From the NCBI GenBank assembly GCA_965214755.1, contig OZ243979.1:3530229-3594228 (forward strand): a DNA stretch of 64,000 bases, given 5' to 3'. The stretch is from an uncultured Candidatus Binatia bacterium. Its GTDB lineage: Bacteria > Desulfobacterota > Binatia > Bin18. Position 1 is the stretch's first letter. Each line of letters opens with the position of its first letter. Both the position numbers and the translations under genes were made by a program. The notes beneath the pieces were generated by a model. That model saw only the letters and a program-made list of their open reading frames with translations. It was not told the origin of the DNA and ran no database searches. Below are positions 1 to 7,850 of this stretch, in pieces.

Positions 1-348
1 TTCACGAAACTCGGCGAGTCTGGCGGCCTTGAGACCCACGTTATACACGGCACTGTCACCTGTCCCAATGCCCAGAAAAGCGCGCCCGTCCGACAGTTCG
101 TTGATCGAGGCAATGGCCCCTGCCGTGACCGCGGGATGGCGGGTCAGGGGGTTGGTCACAAACGTTCCCATCCGCAGCCGCTGACTGTTCAGCGCACACT
201 GGGTCAGGGTCACATAGCAGTCTGGCCACAGCCAATGCGCATCCGGCACACCCACCATCTCAAAGCCCCAGGCTTCAATCCGATGCACCAGCCCCGGCAG
301 GTCAGGATAGTTATGTGCAAGAGGAATTGTTGCGAATTGAACCCGCAT
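1..348 (-). CDS. LLM-class (luciferase-like) flavin/F420-dependent oxidoreductase, N-terminal part (3' end outside window)
   Basis: Absent from the ORF track because it runs off the window. Own translation from ATG 348-346: MRVQFATIPLAHNYPDLPGLVHRIEAWGFEMVGVPDAHWLW...LSDGRAFLGIGTGDS. LLM-like N-terminus, similar to the paralogue at 46825-47706. Confidence 0.65.
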   Translation of the reverse strand, partial: MRVQFATIPLAHNYPDLPGLVHRIEAWGFEMVGVPDAHWLWPDCYVTLTQCALNSQRLRMGTFVTNPLTRHPAVTAGAIASINELSDGRAFLGIGTGDSAVYNVGLKAARLAEFRE

Positions 349-354
349 CGGCCT

Positions 355-408
355 AAAGAGTAAACGCGTCCTCTTCATGGTACAAGGCTGTTGACACGTT
401 TTCCTTCC
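355..408 (-). repeat. HPE hairpin element copy 0 (degenerate, orientation B)
   Basis: aaagagtaaacgcgtcctcttcatggtacaaggctgttgacacgttttccttcc. Left arm matches the family consensus; right arm is decayed. Sits in a divergent intergenic region. Confidence 0.6.
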
Positions 409-485
409 TTGTGGGTATACCCTACCCGCTTCGGTTCAAGAGCACCATTGCCGCGGGTTCCCGCCTGACCTATGCTGCCTTACTC

Positions 486-1598
486 ATGCAGGTCCGTTTG
501 CTCACCCAATTCGAGACGCCGCCGGCGCAAAGCGTGGCCACGGACCGGTATTTTCTTCACACCGTGATTGAGACGCAGCTTCCAGTCCTGCGCGTTTGTA
601 CGTATCCAGATGATGTGCTGCTGCTGGGTCGGTATCATGCTGCCGGCGCACAAAGCGGAAACGTGTCAACATCTCGGGTCAGATTGGAGGACACGTTTCC
701 GCTTCTCAGACCAGACCCAGGTCTGACGATTATCCGGCGTCTGACTGGCGGACGAGCCTTTCCGAGTGGCAACGGGTTTGTCCAATTTTCACTCATCGTG
801 CCGCACCGTTCATTTTTCTTTTCCGCCGACCCGCAGCACATCGCGCCGTTTCAGATCCTTAACCGTTACGTCCGCGGGGTGCTGCACGGCCTGAAAACAG
901 GTGGAGTTGAAGTCTTTTATCCAGGCCAGGATTTTCTGACGGTCCGGCGGCTGCCGGTTGGCTGGCACTCTTTTGTGACAGAGGACAGCGGAGCCGTGCT
1001 GTATGAAGGAGGTGTGTTTGTCCAGCGGGATATGAGTCTCCTGCCCCATTTGCTTGACCGGGCGGACCCGCAGGGGACGCTTCCCTGCCAGCTCTTTATG
1101 CCGGATCAAGTCCACAATCTTGGCAAAGTCCTCGGACGATCTCTTGCACCGGACCAGGTCGTTCGTCTGCTCCGGAACGGCTTTACTCAGCAGTTCGGGC
1201 TGGAATGCCTCGACCAAGACCTCAATCCAAACGAGCGTGCGGCCATTCCGGGAAAACAGGAACGGTCTGACCCCATTCCGAACCGGCGTCCTCCACGCTC
1301 CGACCTCCCATACGTAGCAACGAGGCAAACTCCACTTGGAGAACTCCAGATTCGTTTCGCTCTCACTCCCGAGCGGACAATCGAGACGATCCAGTTCTCG
1401 GGCGACTTCATTGCCAATCCGGCCGGGATGCAAGCGTTGGAGCACAATCTCAAAGGTTGTCCACTGGAGAAAGCCGCACTCTGGCAGGTCATTGATGGGA
1501 CGTTTCTTGATCCAGAGCATTATCTGATCGGGGCGGGGAAGTTAGCCGACTTACCCGGATTGCTGCTAAGCGCTTCTCCGGTCCCGCCCGCCAGGTAG
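486..1598 (+). CDS. biotin/lipoate A/B protein ligase family protein (LplA-like) with long C-terminal extension
   Basis: ORF 411..1598. ATG 486 (MQVRLLTQFE...) preferred because family members start close to this segment. RRLTGGRAF..GNGF resembles the RRxSGGGAV.HD.GN ligase motif (from memory). Carries HPE copy 1 in frame. Confidence 0.6.
   Translation: MQVRLLTQFETPPAQSVATDRYFLHTVIETQLPVLRVCTYPDDVLLLGRYHAAGAQSGNVSTSRVRLEDTFPLLRPDPGLTIIRRLTGGRAFPSGNGFVQFSLIVPHRSFFFSADPQHIAPFQILNRYVRGVLHGLKTGGVEVFYPGQDFLTVRRLPVGWHSFVTEDSGAVLYEGGVFVQRDMSLLPHLLDRADPQGTLPCQLFMPDQVHNLGKVLGRSLAPDQVVRLLRNGFTQQFGLECLDQDLNPNERAAIPGKQERSDPIPNRRPPRSDLPYVATRQTPLGELQIRFALTPERTIETIQFSGDFIANPAGMQALEHNLKGCPLEKAALWQVIDGTFLDPEHYLIGAGKLADLPGLLLSASPVPPAR
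652..704 (+). repeat. HPE copy 1 (orientation A), intragenic and in frame
   Basis: aaagcggaaacgtgtcaacatctcgggtcagattggaggacacgtttccgctt. Arms AAGCGGAAACGTGTC / GACACGTTTCCGCTT pair perfectly over 15 bp. Two positions differ from consensus on both arms in a compensatory way. Confidence 0.85.
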
Positions 1599-1601
1599 GC
1601 T

Positions 1602-2486
1602 ATGGAATCTACTCAGAACACCACCCTCCAACTCGACCAGCTTGCAGCCGGACTGCTCGCCGACGATGACCACACACGACTTTCGGCGCTCGATCGACTT
1701 GAGGCGGAGAGAACACTAACGTCTCTCCCACAAGATGTGATGCGTAATCTTCTCGCGTGTCTGGGACATACGACGAAAAAAATACAACGCGGTGCGGCGA
1801 CCGTCCTCACCCGCTTTGCCTCCCGACAGCCTGAAATTATCGAGGCACTGACATACAGGCTGACGGACCCGAACCCGCGGCTGCGCTGGACCGCGGCTTT
1901 TACCCTCTCTCAGCTCGACCTGCCGAGCCCCTCGCCTCAAAGAGTAAACGTGTCCTCCAATCAGACACTACTGCTGGACACGTCTACTCTTCTTCCCGTT
2001 TTGATCGAGAACCTGGGACACCAGGAAAGTGACCTGCGCTGGGCCGCGGCAACCGCTGTCTTGCAGCTCGCCCAGCGCTGTTCTCAAGACGTTGCTCACG
2101 CCATGATCCGGCTTGTGCATACGGGTAATGCCGTGCAACGCCGCATGGCTCTCTACTGCCTGCGCGACCTGAAGCAAACGGATCAAGCGGCCCAGGAAGC
2201 CTATCTGACGAGCCTGAATGACGCGGACCCAATGGTTCGCCTCGGCGGTCTATCCTGTTTGGGTAAGCTCCGATTGACCAGCAGAGCAATTCGAGAAGCG
2301 ATTCTCCGGCTTTTAGAACACGACCCGGACATGGGTGTCCGTCGTTCGGCTGCCATGACCTGCGGACAGATAGGCGACACGGACACACATATCGTTGAGG
2401 CGTTACAGCGAACGGTTCAATCGGCTGACACCAGCCTCAGAAAAGCATCGACCGGAGCACTCAGGCAACTGCCGACCGACTCGTAA
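1602..2486 (+). CDS. HEAT/ARM-like repeat protein
   Basis: 294 aa ORF. Repeated motif of the type D.D..VR..AA.aLg.. (e.g. DPNPRLRWTAAFTLSQL, DADPMVRLGGLSCLGKL, DPDMGVRRSAAMTCGQIG). Carries HPE copy 2 in frame. Confidence 0.75.
   Translation: MESTQNTTLQLDQLAAGLLADDDHTRLSALDRLEAERTLTSLPQDVMRNLLACLGHTTKKIQRGAATVLTRFASRQPEIIEALTYRLTDPNPRLRWTAAFTLSQLDLPSPSPQRVNVSSNQTLLLDTSTLLPVLIENLGHQESDLRWAAATAVLQLAQRCSQDVAHAMIRLVHTGNAVQRRMALYCLRDLKQTDQAAQEAYLTSLNDADPMVRLGGLSCLGKLRLTSRAIREAILRLLEHDPDMGVRRSAAMTCGQIGDTDTHIVEALQRTVQSADTSLRKASTGALRQLPTDS
1940..1992 (-). repeat. HPE copy 2 (orientation B), intragenic and in frame
   Basis: aaagagtaaacgtgtcctccaatcagacactactgctggacacgtctactctt. Translated as [19 protein letters not shown] within the HEAT-repeat ORF. 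Confidence 0.85.
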
Positions 2487-2569
2487 CGGGCTGCCATTCT
2501 TCTTGTAATTGACGCGCCCCGCGGGCAGGTCTCGCCGGTGACCGGGATCAATCTTGACGCGCGTTCTTG

Positions 2570-2680
2570 TCATATTCCTCGACCTCCCTCTATCGCGTCT
2601 ACGACGTGCGCGGCGACCTCGTCCACATCCAGCGCTCGGTCAGCCAGATTCGGATTGGCGTCGCCTTGGTCAAGGACGAG
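2570..2680 (-). pseudogene. relic of the C-terminus of an SDR paralogue
   Basis: Own minus-strand translation: LVLDQGDANPNLADRALDVDEVAAHVVDAIEGGRGI*. About 20 of 29 residues are identical to VLDQGEDNPNLAGRVLNVEDVATQVVDAI near the C-terminus of the SDR at 3383-4213. No matching upstream SDR sequence in any frame. Confidence 0.45.
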
Positions 2681-2691
2681 TGGTGACGACG

Positions 2692-2991
2692 TTATGCACC
2701 GGCATGGCTGCCCCCTTCCCGCGGCGCGGTGCGTTCAATGAGGATTTCAAGGGCTCGACGTTGTACGTCAAACGCGGCCAAGGTTCCGGCATGGCGCTGA
2801 TCGGCGCGGCGGCTATCCTGTTTCAATTCTTCGGACCGTTCGACAGCGGCTTCGCGCATCCGGCGCAACCCCCGCAGAATCAACACGGCGCTGACGCCGC
2901 CGCCGGCGACGCTGGCGAGAATCTGCCCGACGCCTATCCACAAGGCTTGGCCGTGGGCGGCGTGTTGAGCGACCAAGGCGGCTTCCTGCAA
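2692..2991 (-). CDS. hypothetical protein (possible single-pass membrane protein)
   Basis: 99 aa ORF with a TTG start; frame is open to 3102. Third-codon positions are mostly G/C, as expected for coding in this genome. The overlapping plus-strand ORF 2554..3078 looks less protein-like. No homology recognised. Confidence 0.35.
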   Translation of the reverse strand: MQEAALVAQHAAHGQALWIGVGQILASVAGGGVSAVLILRGLRRMREAAVERSEELKQDSRRADQRHAGTLAAFDVQRRALEILIERTAPREGGSHAGA

Positions 2992-3102
2992 GGCCAGCGT
3001 CGCGGTTTGAAATTCGGTCGTGGTGACGTGCTCTCTTCTTCCGTTTTGATAATCGTGGGGCAGATTAGCGAAATATAATCCGCCGGCGCGCGTATCGGCA
3101 GG

Positions 3103-3312
3103 TCAGGACAAGTACCCCATGGGCTCGTTTTTCAGCAGTTCAACAATGACTTGCTGCCGGGTCTTGGACCGTGTTCGTTTTTGTCCTGCTCCATACAAGA
3201 CAAATAATCCACGCTTGTATTGCCCTCCGCCGTGCTGGCACGTGTCCCACAACCGCTGCCACCGCTCGGGTGAGCGGACCCACTGTCTAAGGATTTTCTC
3301 TTGGTTGGTCAT
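3103..3312 (-). CDS. small hypothetical protein (69 aa)
   Basis: Internal ATG at 3312 of ORF 3103..3528, preceded by AAGGA. This start avoids overlap with the SDR gene. MTNQEKILRQWVRSPERWQRLWDTC... Confidence 0.45.
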   Translation of the reverse strand: MTNQEKILRQWVRSPERWQRLWDTCQHGGGQYKRGLFVLYGAGQKRTRSKTRQQVIVELLKNEPMGYLS

Positions 3313-3382
3313 ATCCTTGTCTTTGCTGAATTCTGTCTCCGGTGCAAGAGAGGGTCGTGAGGGCCAATTCAGGTATGAAGAC

Positions 3383-4213
3383 TCATTCCGTGGCCTTTTG
3401 TTCATCGTAGGTTTGATCGATCCGTTCAAACCGTCGCCGGATGGGCGTCCGGCTTTCCTCGTGGGGCAGGATGTAGAGTTGGTTGGCAACAATGGCATCC
3501 ACGACTTGCGTTGCAACATCCTCCACATTCAGGACCCGCCCGGCGAGATTCGGATTGTCTTCTCCCTGGTCGAGCACGGGCGGTGACGCCTCCGGACCCC
3601 CTAGTTCGTCGGGACGATTGCGCTCCGAGTGACCAATATTGGTTGCCACGCGCATCGGACACAGGACAGACACGCCGATAGCGTGCGCCCGCAGTTCTCG
3701 GCGCAGGACTTCGGCTAAAGCCACGACTCCATACTTGGACACACAGTACGGACCAAGCCCGACATTGGGGACGAGACCGGCAAACGAGGCGGTAAACAGC
3801 ATGTGACCGCCCTGACCTTGGGCGATCATGCGTTGCGTAAAGGCTTCAACACCGTGGATCGGACCCCATAAATTGACCCGTAGGGTCCACTCCCAGTCGC
3901 TATGCTGCATCTCAGCGATTGGCCCGCCAACGGCAACCCCAGCATTATGGAACACAATATGCACCGCGCCCATTTTTTCAAACGCAGTGTCAGCCAGGTG
4001 TTGAACGGCCTTCAGGTCGCCGACATCGCAGACTACTCCCTCTACGGCGGTTCCCGTCGCCGCTAGTTCGGCGACTGCCCGGTCCAAGGCCGCCTCTTCA
4101 ATATCGGCTAACACGAGTCGGACGCCTCGACTGGCAAGGCGGCGGGCAGTGGCAAATCCTATCCCACTTGCTCCACCCGTGATGACGGCAACTTTGGCGG
4201 TGAGGTGTTCCAT
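3383..4213 (-). CDS. short-chain dehydrogenase/reductase (SDR)
   Basis: TGGASGIG cofactor motif, NAGV, and catalytic YCVSKYG (YxxxK). Confidence 0.9.
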   Translation of the reverse strand: MEHLTAKVAVITGGASGIGFATARRLASRGVRLVLADIEEAALDRAVAELAATGTAVEGVVCDVGDLKAVQHLADTAFEKMGAVHIVFHNAGVAVGGPIAEMQHSDWEWTLRVNLWGPIHGVEAFTQRMIAQGQGGHMLFTASFAGLVPNVGLGPYCVSKYGVVALAEVLRRELRAHAIGVSVLCPMRVATNIGHSERNRPDELGGPEASPPVLDQGEDNPNLAGRVLNVEDVATQVVDAIVANQLYILPHEESRTPIRRRFERIDQTYDEQKATE

Positions 4214-4218
4214 ACTTC

Positions 4219-4270
4219 AAAGAGTAAACGTGTCCTCCAATAAATACAAACTGTTGACACATTTACTCTT
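4219..4270 (-). repeat. HPE copy 3 (orientation B on +, A in the sense of the SDR gene)
   Basis: aaagagtaaacgtgtcctccaataaatacaaactgttgacacatttactctt. Ends 5 nt from the SDR ATG (4213-4211). Confidence 0.85.
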
Positions 4271-4309
4271 CATTCCCTTTCCTGTGTCGGGCAGCGTATG
4301 CCACCTTCC

Positions 4310-6019
4310 TTACGCAACGACCAGAAGCCCCTCAACAAAGCGGAGATCGGCGGTCTGAATATCGATGGTCAGGACCTCTTCAATCTTGTCACGGGCGTAG
4401 GTCACAAGGGGGCCAAGGGCGTACAACTCCTGTGGTGTGATTACGAGCGGTGAGCGGCGAGCCCCCCCTATGAAGGGGGGTTGGGGGGATAGAAAGTGCG
4501 TTTGGAACGTCTCCCAACGTTTTTCGAGGGTGGCATGCGGAAGCCGGTCGTGAAGCGCCTGAAGCTCAGCCCGGTTCAAGGGGTGAATAGTGAGCTGATT
4601 TTCGAGGACCCAACGTGCAAAGGCCGTATTCCAGAGAGCGGTCAGCCCGACTCCCTCAGTCGCCGTTTCTTCGGGCAGTATGCCCCAGCGCCGGAAGACC
4701 CGGAACCAGGTCGGGATCTGGGCCAGCAGCGATTCGACCTGCCGCACTTCAGACAGGTGTCCAAAGCGTCGGGACACGATTTCGCCGGGCGTCTCCAGCC
4801 CGACAAAAAAGAGCGGCTCGCGTCGCTTGATCCCGGCATACATTTCCCGAAACGGCGGATCGAGATAGCTCTCCCATTCGGGCATCTCCTCTAACTGCGC
4901 GTCCATGAGACTGGCCTGATGCTGAAGCCGCTGTAACAAGCCCCAGCCAGTCTGGAAGAACGGACGAATTCGTGTCGTTTGGAGAAGCTCGCGCGCCGCT
5001 GTCTCATCTTCTTTGGCCGCATAGGACAGGCCAATATTGACATAGTCGTGCGCCATGCCAACGCAGCGACGAATTTCGCTGACTTCTCCGGTATCCCGGG
5101 CCTCAGCCGTGACAATACTATTGGTCAGATAGGCAAGTTCCTGACCGATCTGCGCAATCGTCCGGCGTGGCAGGCGCGCCAATACCTGGGAGAAAAAGGA
5201 CGTAGGCTCGACGAGTAGCGCCAAAGCGTGATCGGGTGGCGTAATCGTGGCGTCCCCGGTAGCAAGATGCAGCGTGTCGGGAATGCGTTGATAGGCCTGT
5301 AACGGAATGGAGTCCGGCGGGATAAAGCGGAAGAGCGCTTGCGCCTCTTCATATCTCGGATAGCCACGATCTTCGAGGCGCGCCGCCCGCCAGCGAAACG
5401 CCTGCTCTTCAAGGCCGCTTTCGAGTTCAAACAAACTGTTTTCGAGCGCATGGAGATACCGGCGGTAATCAAGTGTGCGGAGCTGCTCAAGCAGGAGGTA
5501 GAGAATCGGTTCTGACTTGCCCCGGAAGCGGAGCAGATACTGCTCATCGAAGGTGAAATATTTTGACTCGTCAAAGTCAGGCTCCTCCTCGATATCCACT
5601 TTGCGGACCACCTCAAAGTGGCGTTGAATCAGGAGGACCAGGAGTTCGATGTCGGCGTGCAAAATCCATTCAGCCAGCTTACTGCTTCCGCTCTCATCGA
5701 GCAGCATCAGCCAGTTCGTTAAGCGTCCGTCATCCAATCTGTCCTTGCGCCAACAGTCCAGATCCAACATGTCACGCACCTGTTCAGGCGACGCCAGTGC
5801 CAGGAGTCCAACCGCATCGTGCAGCCCAATCTCCTTGAGGGTGTACAACAAGGTCTCAGAGGAGAGCGCCCGGACTATTGCCACACCGTTCTTTGCCGAG
5901 AGGAGGAACTCTTGCCGCTCCTTGACATCAAGCTGTACCAACTGGGCAGCTTGCTCGGTGACTGATAGCTCGGGCAGACCGGCCAAGTCAGGATGGAGCA
6001 CCTGCTCAGAATCTGCCAT
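4310..6019 (-). CDS. conserved hypothetical protein (569 aa)
   Basis: ORF 4310..6121. ATG at 6019 (MADSEQVLHPDLAGL...) preferred. Long uninterrupted frame with protein-like composition. Family not named with confidence. Confidence 0.7.
   Translation of the reverse strand: MADSEQVLHPDLAGLPELSVTEQAAQLVQLDVKERQEFLLSAKNGVAIVRALSSETLLYTLKEIGLHDAVGLLALASPEQVRDMLDLDCWRKDRLDDGRLTNWLMLLDESGSSKLAEWILHADIELLVLLIQRHFEVVRKVDIEEEPDFDESKYFTFDEQYLLRFRGKSEPILYLLLEQLRTLDYRRYLHALENSLFELESGLEEQAFRWRAARLEDRGYPRYEEAQALFRFIPPDSIPLQAYQRIPDTLHLATGDATITPPDHALALLVEPTSFFSQVLARLPRRTIAQIGQELAYLTNSIVTAEARDTGEVSEIRRCVGMAHDYVNIGLSYAAKEDETAARELLQTTRIRPFFQTGWGLLQRLQHQASLMDAQLEEMPEWESYLDPPFREMYAGIKRREPLFFVGLETPGEIVSRRFGHLSEVRQVESLLAQIPTWFRVFRRWGILPEETATEGVGLTALWNTAFARWVLENQLTIHPLNRAELQALHDRLPHATLEKRWETFQTHFLSPQPPFIGGARRSPLVITPQELYALGPLVTYARDKIEEVLTIDIQTADLRFVEGLLVVA
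4462..4488. repeat. C-run/G-run mini-palindrome P1
   Basis: CCCCCCC-TATGAA-GGGGGG-TT-GGGGGG inside the CDS, read on the minus strand as PQPPFIGGA. Confidence 0.7.
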
Positions 6020-6214
6020 GCCGTTCACTCTGCTGGACCATAATAAAAAGATCCTCCTGACAAATAGCGCTGCGGGGGGACGCGAGTTTCCAAAGGGCCA
6101 TTTCTGACATGTCAAGGTCACTTGTCAAGGGAGGAAAGAAAACGTCTCACCTCTTGCTTTTCAATGCTGAGTCAGCAACAAGGGCAGAAAGAGGGAATTA
6201 CAGGAGGGAAGCGT

Positions 6215-6832
6215 ATGAGTAATCTTGCGTATCAAGACGACAGCCTCTACACGCTCGAACAGCTTGCCGAGGATGTGGAAGCGCTGGTCGCCCGTGAACA
6301 GGAACACGCTGCGATTGTTGCGGCGGCGGAACCCCTGCTGGAACGTTTTCTGGCCGCCGGCAGCCTGCCGGAAGAATATTGTCAGCCGGCTCCTGGTCGT
6401 ATTACGACCGAGCATAAAGACTTCACCCTGTATCGCCTCTATCGTGGGCCTGAAGACTGCTTCAATATTATGGCCGCAATATGGCCTCCGGGCGGATCGA
6501 GCGGTGTGCACGATCATGCCGGGAACTGGGTCGTCGAAGGCGTGTATCGGAACCAGCTCCATACCATTCGGTATAAACGTCTCGACGCTGGGACACAGCC
6601 GGGGCATGCGGAACTGCGCGAAACCACCGCGCTCGACCTCCGTCCGGGCGATGTCGCCCACGTCCTGTCTCCGAACGAAGAAATCCATGATTTTCTGAAC
6701 CAGACCGACGAGCCGGTTGTGAGCGTCCATATTTATGGTGGGGATATCAGCACCGAAACGCTGAACTATTTTGACCCGGCCAGCAAGTCGGTCGAGCGTG
6801 TGGCGCACGACCTGCAGTACGATAACGAATAG
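6215..6832 (+). CDS. cupin-fold protein, cysteine-dioxygenase-type-I-like
   Basis: ATG 6215 preceded by CAGGAGGGAAG. GSSGVHDHAGNW...VHIYGG resembles metal-binding cupin motifs. Confidence 0.55.
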   Translation: MSNLAYQDDSLYTLEQLAEDVEALVAREQEHAAIVAAAEPLLERFLAAGSLPEEYCQPAPGRITTEHKDFTLYRLYRGPEDCFNIMAAIWPPGGSSGVHDHAGNWVVEGVYRNQLHTIRYKRLDAGTQPGHAELRETTALDLRPGDVAHVLSPNEEIHDFLNQTDEPVVSVHIYGGDISTETLNYFDPASKSVERVAHDLQYDNE

Positions 6833-6869
6833 GCGCTTCGGGGAATAGACTGCCCCTAACTCTGCGCGG

Positions 6870-7625
6870 TCAGTCCCTCACCCTTCCCATTAAGGAGAGC
6901 GTGACCGCCGCAGCCTCTGGGCTGGGCAGGGAAGGGGTTTTCCCCGGAAGCAGCATAAAGTCGTCATAGGCCGCTTCGGATACACTGGTCATCGTGTCGG
7001 AGTCCGAGAGCACGGCGATACCGCGCACCTCTCCCGGTTCAAAGCCAAAAAGGTCTTTATAGTCCTGGTAGAAATTAATGGTTTCTTGTCGCCATTCACC
7101 AGGCTCGGCTGGTCCACGCTGTAAGACGACAACCTTGGCGCGCCAATAGACCGGACTGTCGAAACGCGTACCAACCGCGAGCGTCGAACTCCAGACGTAT
7201 TTAATCACGCGCGGCATGAGGAGGCTGTCAAATATCACGTAGACGGCCGCGGCCGAATCATTCGTTTTTTTTACGCGTTCGTCGGCACCAGGAGGGAGTT
7301 TGGTTGCGCGCCAACGCCAGCGCAAGATGGGATAGTCCTGTGGCTTACATGTATACTCTATGCCGATCTGGACATCCTGGTTGTTGGCATACGCATGGAG
7401 AAATCGATTGCCCTCTTCTTCGGCAATACGGTAGACGGCCTGCGCCGTCGCTTCGTTGCCACGTACTTTCCAGCCCGACGGGAATACGCCAGTCGGGTAG
7501 TGTTGAAAGGTCTCCTGAAAAGGCGTCAAGCCCTGGAGTGTCTGCGCTATCCCAGCATCAGGATCGGCTGTTCTGGGAGTCAACACGCAGGCGAGCAGGA
7601 ATAGTGTGAACCACGTAACATGCAT
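6870..7625 (-). CDS. secreted DUF3047-like protein
   Basis: ATG 7625 preceded by GGGAGG. N-terminal signal-like MHVTWFTLFLLACVL. The LRWRWR... segment is recalled from DUF3047. Confidence 0.6.
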   Translation of the reverse strand: MHVTWFTLFLLACVLTPRTADPDAGIAQTLQGLTPFQETFQHYPTGVFPSGWKVRGNEATAQAVYRIAEEEGNRFLHAYANNQDVQIGIEYTCKPQDYPILRWRWRATKLPPGADERVKKTNDSAAAVYVIFDSLLMPRVIKYVWSSTLAVGTRFDSPVYWRAKVVVLQRGPAEPGEWRQETINFYQDYKDLFGFEPGEVRGIAVLSDSDTMTSVSEAAYDDFMLLPGKTPSLPSPEAAAVTLSLMGRVRD

Positions 7626-7850
7626 TCTCGCCTCCCTAATCCTTTTTGTTGACCGAGCCGGGCCCGAACCGTGTTCCAATGAGCCATTGTGAATAGAAGC
7701 ATGGATAGAGGAAGGACCACTGGAGTGCAAGTCCGACCAGGATGGCCGCTCTCTCGGCATTGGCACGTCTCCCGGGACTATGGTATCTAGGCGGCACGCT
7801 ATCGAGAATAAGCAAAGACCTGTTCGAGCTTTTTGAGGAGGCTGCTGCAC

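Noticed and set aside
3103-3528. Full 141-aa version of the ORF overlapping the SDR 3' end
   Set aside because: It overlaps the SDR coding region by 146 nt. The internal ATG 3312 with an AAGGA RBS gives a non-overlapping 69-aa product.
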